DNA from: Dehalococcoidia bacterium
Lineage (GTDB): Bacteria; Chloroflexota; Dehalococcoidia; Lucifugimonadales; JAGWBF01
Assembly: GCA_965248975.1 (NCBI GenBank)
Contig: CBDFKU010000016.1
Location: 64,764-128,763 of the forward strand
Reading direction: 5' to 3'
Length of the DNA stretch: 64,000 bases
The number at the start of each line of letters is the position of its first letter. Position 1 is the first letter of the stretch. The notes below the pieces were generated by a model. It saw nothing but the letters and a program-made list of their open reading frames with translations. It did no database searches and had not been told where the DNA came from. Position numbers and translations under genes: made by a program. Below are positions 62,238 through 64,000 of the stretch, one piece after another.

Positions 62238-62888
62238 TCAATGGTCGTTCGTGTCATCCAGGCTGGCCGGCCGGAAGTTTCCCGAGCGCAGGGCCTCCAC
62301 CAGTTCCCTTTCGTCGCGGATGTGGGCGTCGAAGGAGGTGAGACAGGTTGCTATGGAGCTGGCCAGGTGGGCGTCGCTGCCTCCGATACCCCGGTAGCCA
62401 CGTTTTCCCGCCATATCCAGAGCCCTCTCGTTCTCGCCGCTGCGGCTGCCCCCGTTCAGGGTCTCCACGATTCCCAGGCCCGGGAACTCCACGCCGTTAC
62501 CCACGAACTCGCATAGCCCGATGCGTGGCCGCCCCGGGTGAGCCGGTATGGCCAGCGCCCCGTTGGCTTCGGCTTCGGCAATGAGCCGGACGGGGTCCAT
62601 GGTCACATCGGCGAAGTCCACCGCCTCCAGCAACCCGTCGGTCACTCCGTAGACCAGGAAATGGCCGTAGCGAGTATCGAGCTCCGAGCCTTTAAGCACC
62701 AGGACCCCGTACTCCCGGCCAAGGGACGAGTAGTCCGCGTCGCGGTCGAACTTGCGGTGCTCGGTGAGCACGATGCCGTCTATGGTGTAGCCCCGTTTCC
62801 TCAGCACATGGATCCACTTCAGATACTGCTCCACTGTCGCCCGGGAGTCGTCCGAGGAGACGGAGTGACTGTGCATGTCTATGAACAC
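62238..62888 (-). CDS. PHP domain metal-dependent phosphoesterase
   Basis: 'MFIDMHSHSVSSDDS', 'IPAHPGRP' and 'GGSDAH', the PHP-family His/Asp ligand pattern. Confidence 0.72.
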   Translation of the reverse strand: MFIDMHSHSVSSDDSRATVEQYLKWIHVLRKRGYTIDGIVLTEHRKFDRDADYSSLGREYGVLVLKGSELDTRYGHFLVYGVTDGLLEAVDFADVTMDPVRLIAEAEANGALAIPAHPGRPRIGLCEFVGNGVEFPGLGIVETLNGGSRSGENERALDMAGKRGYRGIGGSDAHLASSIATCLTSFDAHIRDERELVEALRSGNFRPASLDDTNDH

Positions 62889-62909
62889 CTTATGCCAGGA
62901 CCTCCGTGT

Positions 62910-63500
62910 CTATATCCGGCCTGCCCGACGTGTATTCAACCACATATCGAAGCCGTGGGCAAGGGTCACCGGGTCATCCAGCAGCAGAGGTACGCTGGCG
63001 TTGGCCTTGTCGATCCTCATGTGGATGAAACCGGGGCCGTCCACCTCCAGCGCGGAGGCCATGGAGGCCGATAGGCTGGCCAGGTCGGCGGCTGCCCAAG
63101 TCTTGAACCCGCAGGAGCCTGCCACCGCCGCCAGGTCGATGCTCTCTGTGAAGGTCGGCTGGCCACCGGTGGAGGCATAGGCCTGATTGTCCAGCACGAT
63201 GAGCAGCAGCTTTCGAGGCTGAAGGTACCCGATGGTGCTCAGGGAGTTGAGGTTCATTAGCATGCCACCGTCGCCCTCGACCCCGACGCACCGCCCGACG
63301 GGCGCACCGTCCAGGGACAGGCTCAGGCCCAGGGTGATGGAGCTGACCAGGCCCATGGAGTCCACGACGTAGAGGTGGTTCCGTCGCCGGTCGATATGGG
63401 CCATCTCACGGGAGGTGGCCCCGCAGGTCAGCACGACGGGATCGTCGGGAAACTCGGCGGATATCCGCTTCAGGGCGTCTACTCTAGAGGTCGGCATCAT
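62910..63500 (-). CDS. comE: sulfopyruvate decarboxylase beta subunit-like (ThDP-binding)
   Basis: The ORF opens at 63581. ATG 63500 overlaps the alpha subunit stop (ATGA). ThDP motif 'GVEGDGGMLMNLNSLSTIG...IVLDNQAYASTGGQ'. Confidence 0.75.
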   Translation of the reverse strand: MMPTSRVDALKRISAEFPDDPVVLTCGATSREMAHIDRRRNHLYVVDSMGLVSSITLGLSLSLDGAPVGRCVGVEGDGGMLMNLNSLSTIGYLQPRKLLLIVLDNQAYASTGGQPTFTESIDLAAVAGSCGFKTWAAADLASLSASMASALEVDGPGFIHMRIDKANASVPLLLDDPVTLAHGFDMWLNTRRAGRI

Positions 63501-64000
63501 TCTTTCAGATTGAGGAACAGGACCACCGGCCGGTGGGTCAGGCGGGTGTACTCGTCGGCCCGAGCTATGGCCTGAGGCCACTCCGTCACCGGGACGCGGT
63601 AGTCCAGCACGAAGGCCTTGATGTTCATGGCCTCCACCATGTCAATGGCGTGCTCGGAAAAGGTGTGCACCGCGGAGTTGAACTCCCCGAACCCTCCACG
63701 GCGTATTGCCAGCACCAGCATCGGCATGTGGTAGGACATGGCGAAGGTAGTGAGGGCGACCATGGAGTTGCCCAGGCCGACGTCCTGGTAGAAGAGGACG
63801 CCCTTCTTGCCGCCCAGGACTAGGCCGGCCGCCACCCCAATGCCCTCTTCCTCGCGAGCCACGGAGAAGCACTCTACGGTGGGATGTTCCTGGAAGTGGG
63901 CAACCACCGGTGCGCCGTAGCTATCGGGGACGTGGATGAAGTACTGCAGGCCCACGGCCTCAAGGCCCTCGATGACGGCCTGACAGCTCCGTTCGTTCAT
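63497..64000 (-). CDS. comD: sulfopyruvate decarboxylase alpha subunit-like
   Basis: 167 aa with the start codon exactly at the window edge (63998-64000). 'VIEGLEAVGLQYFIHVPDS', 'REEEGIGVAAG' and 'FYQDVGLGNS' match ThDP pyrimidine-binding domains of the split ComD type. Confidence 0.75.
   Translation of the reverse strand: MNERSCQAVIEGLEAVGLQYFIHVPDSYGAPVVAHFQEHPTVECFSVAREEEGIGVAAGLVLGGKKGVLFYQDVGLGNSMVALTTFAMSYHMPMLVLAIRRGGFGEFNSAVHTFSEHAIDMVEAMNIKAFVLDYRVPVTEWPQAIARADEYTRLTHRPVVLFLNLKE

Overview
GC-rich, very gene-dense bacterial chromosomal window with about 60 protein genes. I recognise no rRNA, tRNA, CRISPR array, transposase or integrase. All family calls come from motifs read by eye and recalled family signatures; no searches or computations were run. 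1-30 kb looks like an accessory catabolic patchwork. It holds DUF1800, two NHL propellers, zwf, a gamma-glutamyltransferase and two tandem FAD-oxidoreductase paralogues. It also holds an ATP-dependent hydantoinase pair (hyuA/hyuB) next to an N-carbamoylsarcosine-amidase-like hydrolase, a PTE-like hydrolase, an FMN hydroxy-acid oxidase, amidohydrolases, two divergent lipoproteins, a cyclase and two tandem epoxide hydrolases. This part carries decay scars: a DUF3179/amidohydrolase fusion junction and a multiply frameshifted Zn-ADH. 30-44 kb holds an HMG-CoA-synthase-like/DUF35 fusion plus thiolase, then hicB-hicA with hicA frameshifted. A long minus-strand housekeeping supraoperon follows: tsaC-rpiB-prenyl-synthase-like-pgk-apgM-tpiA-miaA-dapF-[low-GC insert]-dapL-hflX. 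44-64 kb holds guaA-purD-purE-HAD-purB-purC-DUF3105-purS and a convergent hisS/Z-like-hisG-X-hisD-hisC-hisB operon. It ends with an SDR pair, birA, a methyltransferase, a MaoC pair, a PHP esterase and comDE-like genes. The gene content (archaeal-type ApgM, DapL route, split ComDE, paralogue expansions) suggests a Chloroflexota/SAR202-like organism, but that is inference only. The best candidates for something new are listed here. (1) A low-GC AbiGi-like gene wedged into the dapF-dapL operon, whose conserved N-terminus has no canonical start codon. (2) A metallo-phosphoesterase-like gene translationally coupled inside the his operon, a possible missing histidinol-phosphate phosphatase. (3) An HMGCS-like/DUF35 fusion that appears to lack all three catalytic residues, paired with an intact thiolase. 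(4) An SDR pair in which one member has degenerate cofactor and catalytic motifs. (5) A low-GC membrane protein with a dockerin-like and a tail-collar-like domain. (6) An untracked 47-aa Cys-rich ORF with a strong Shine-Dalgarno. (7) A double-hairpin intergenic repeat family.
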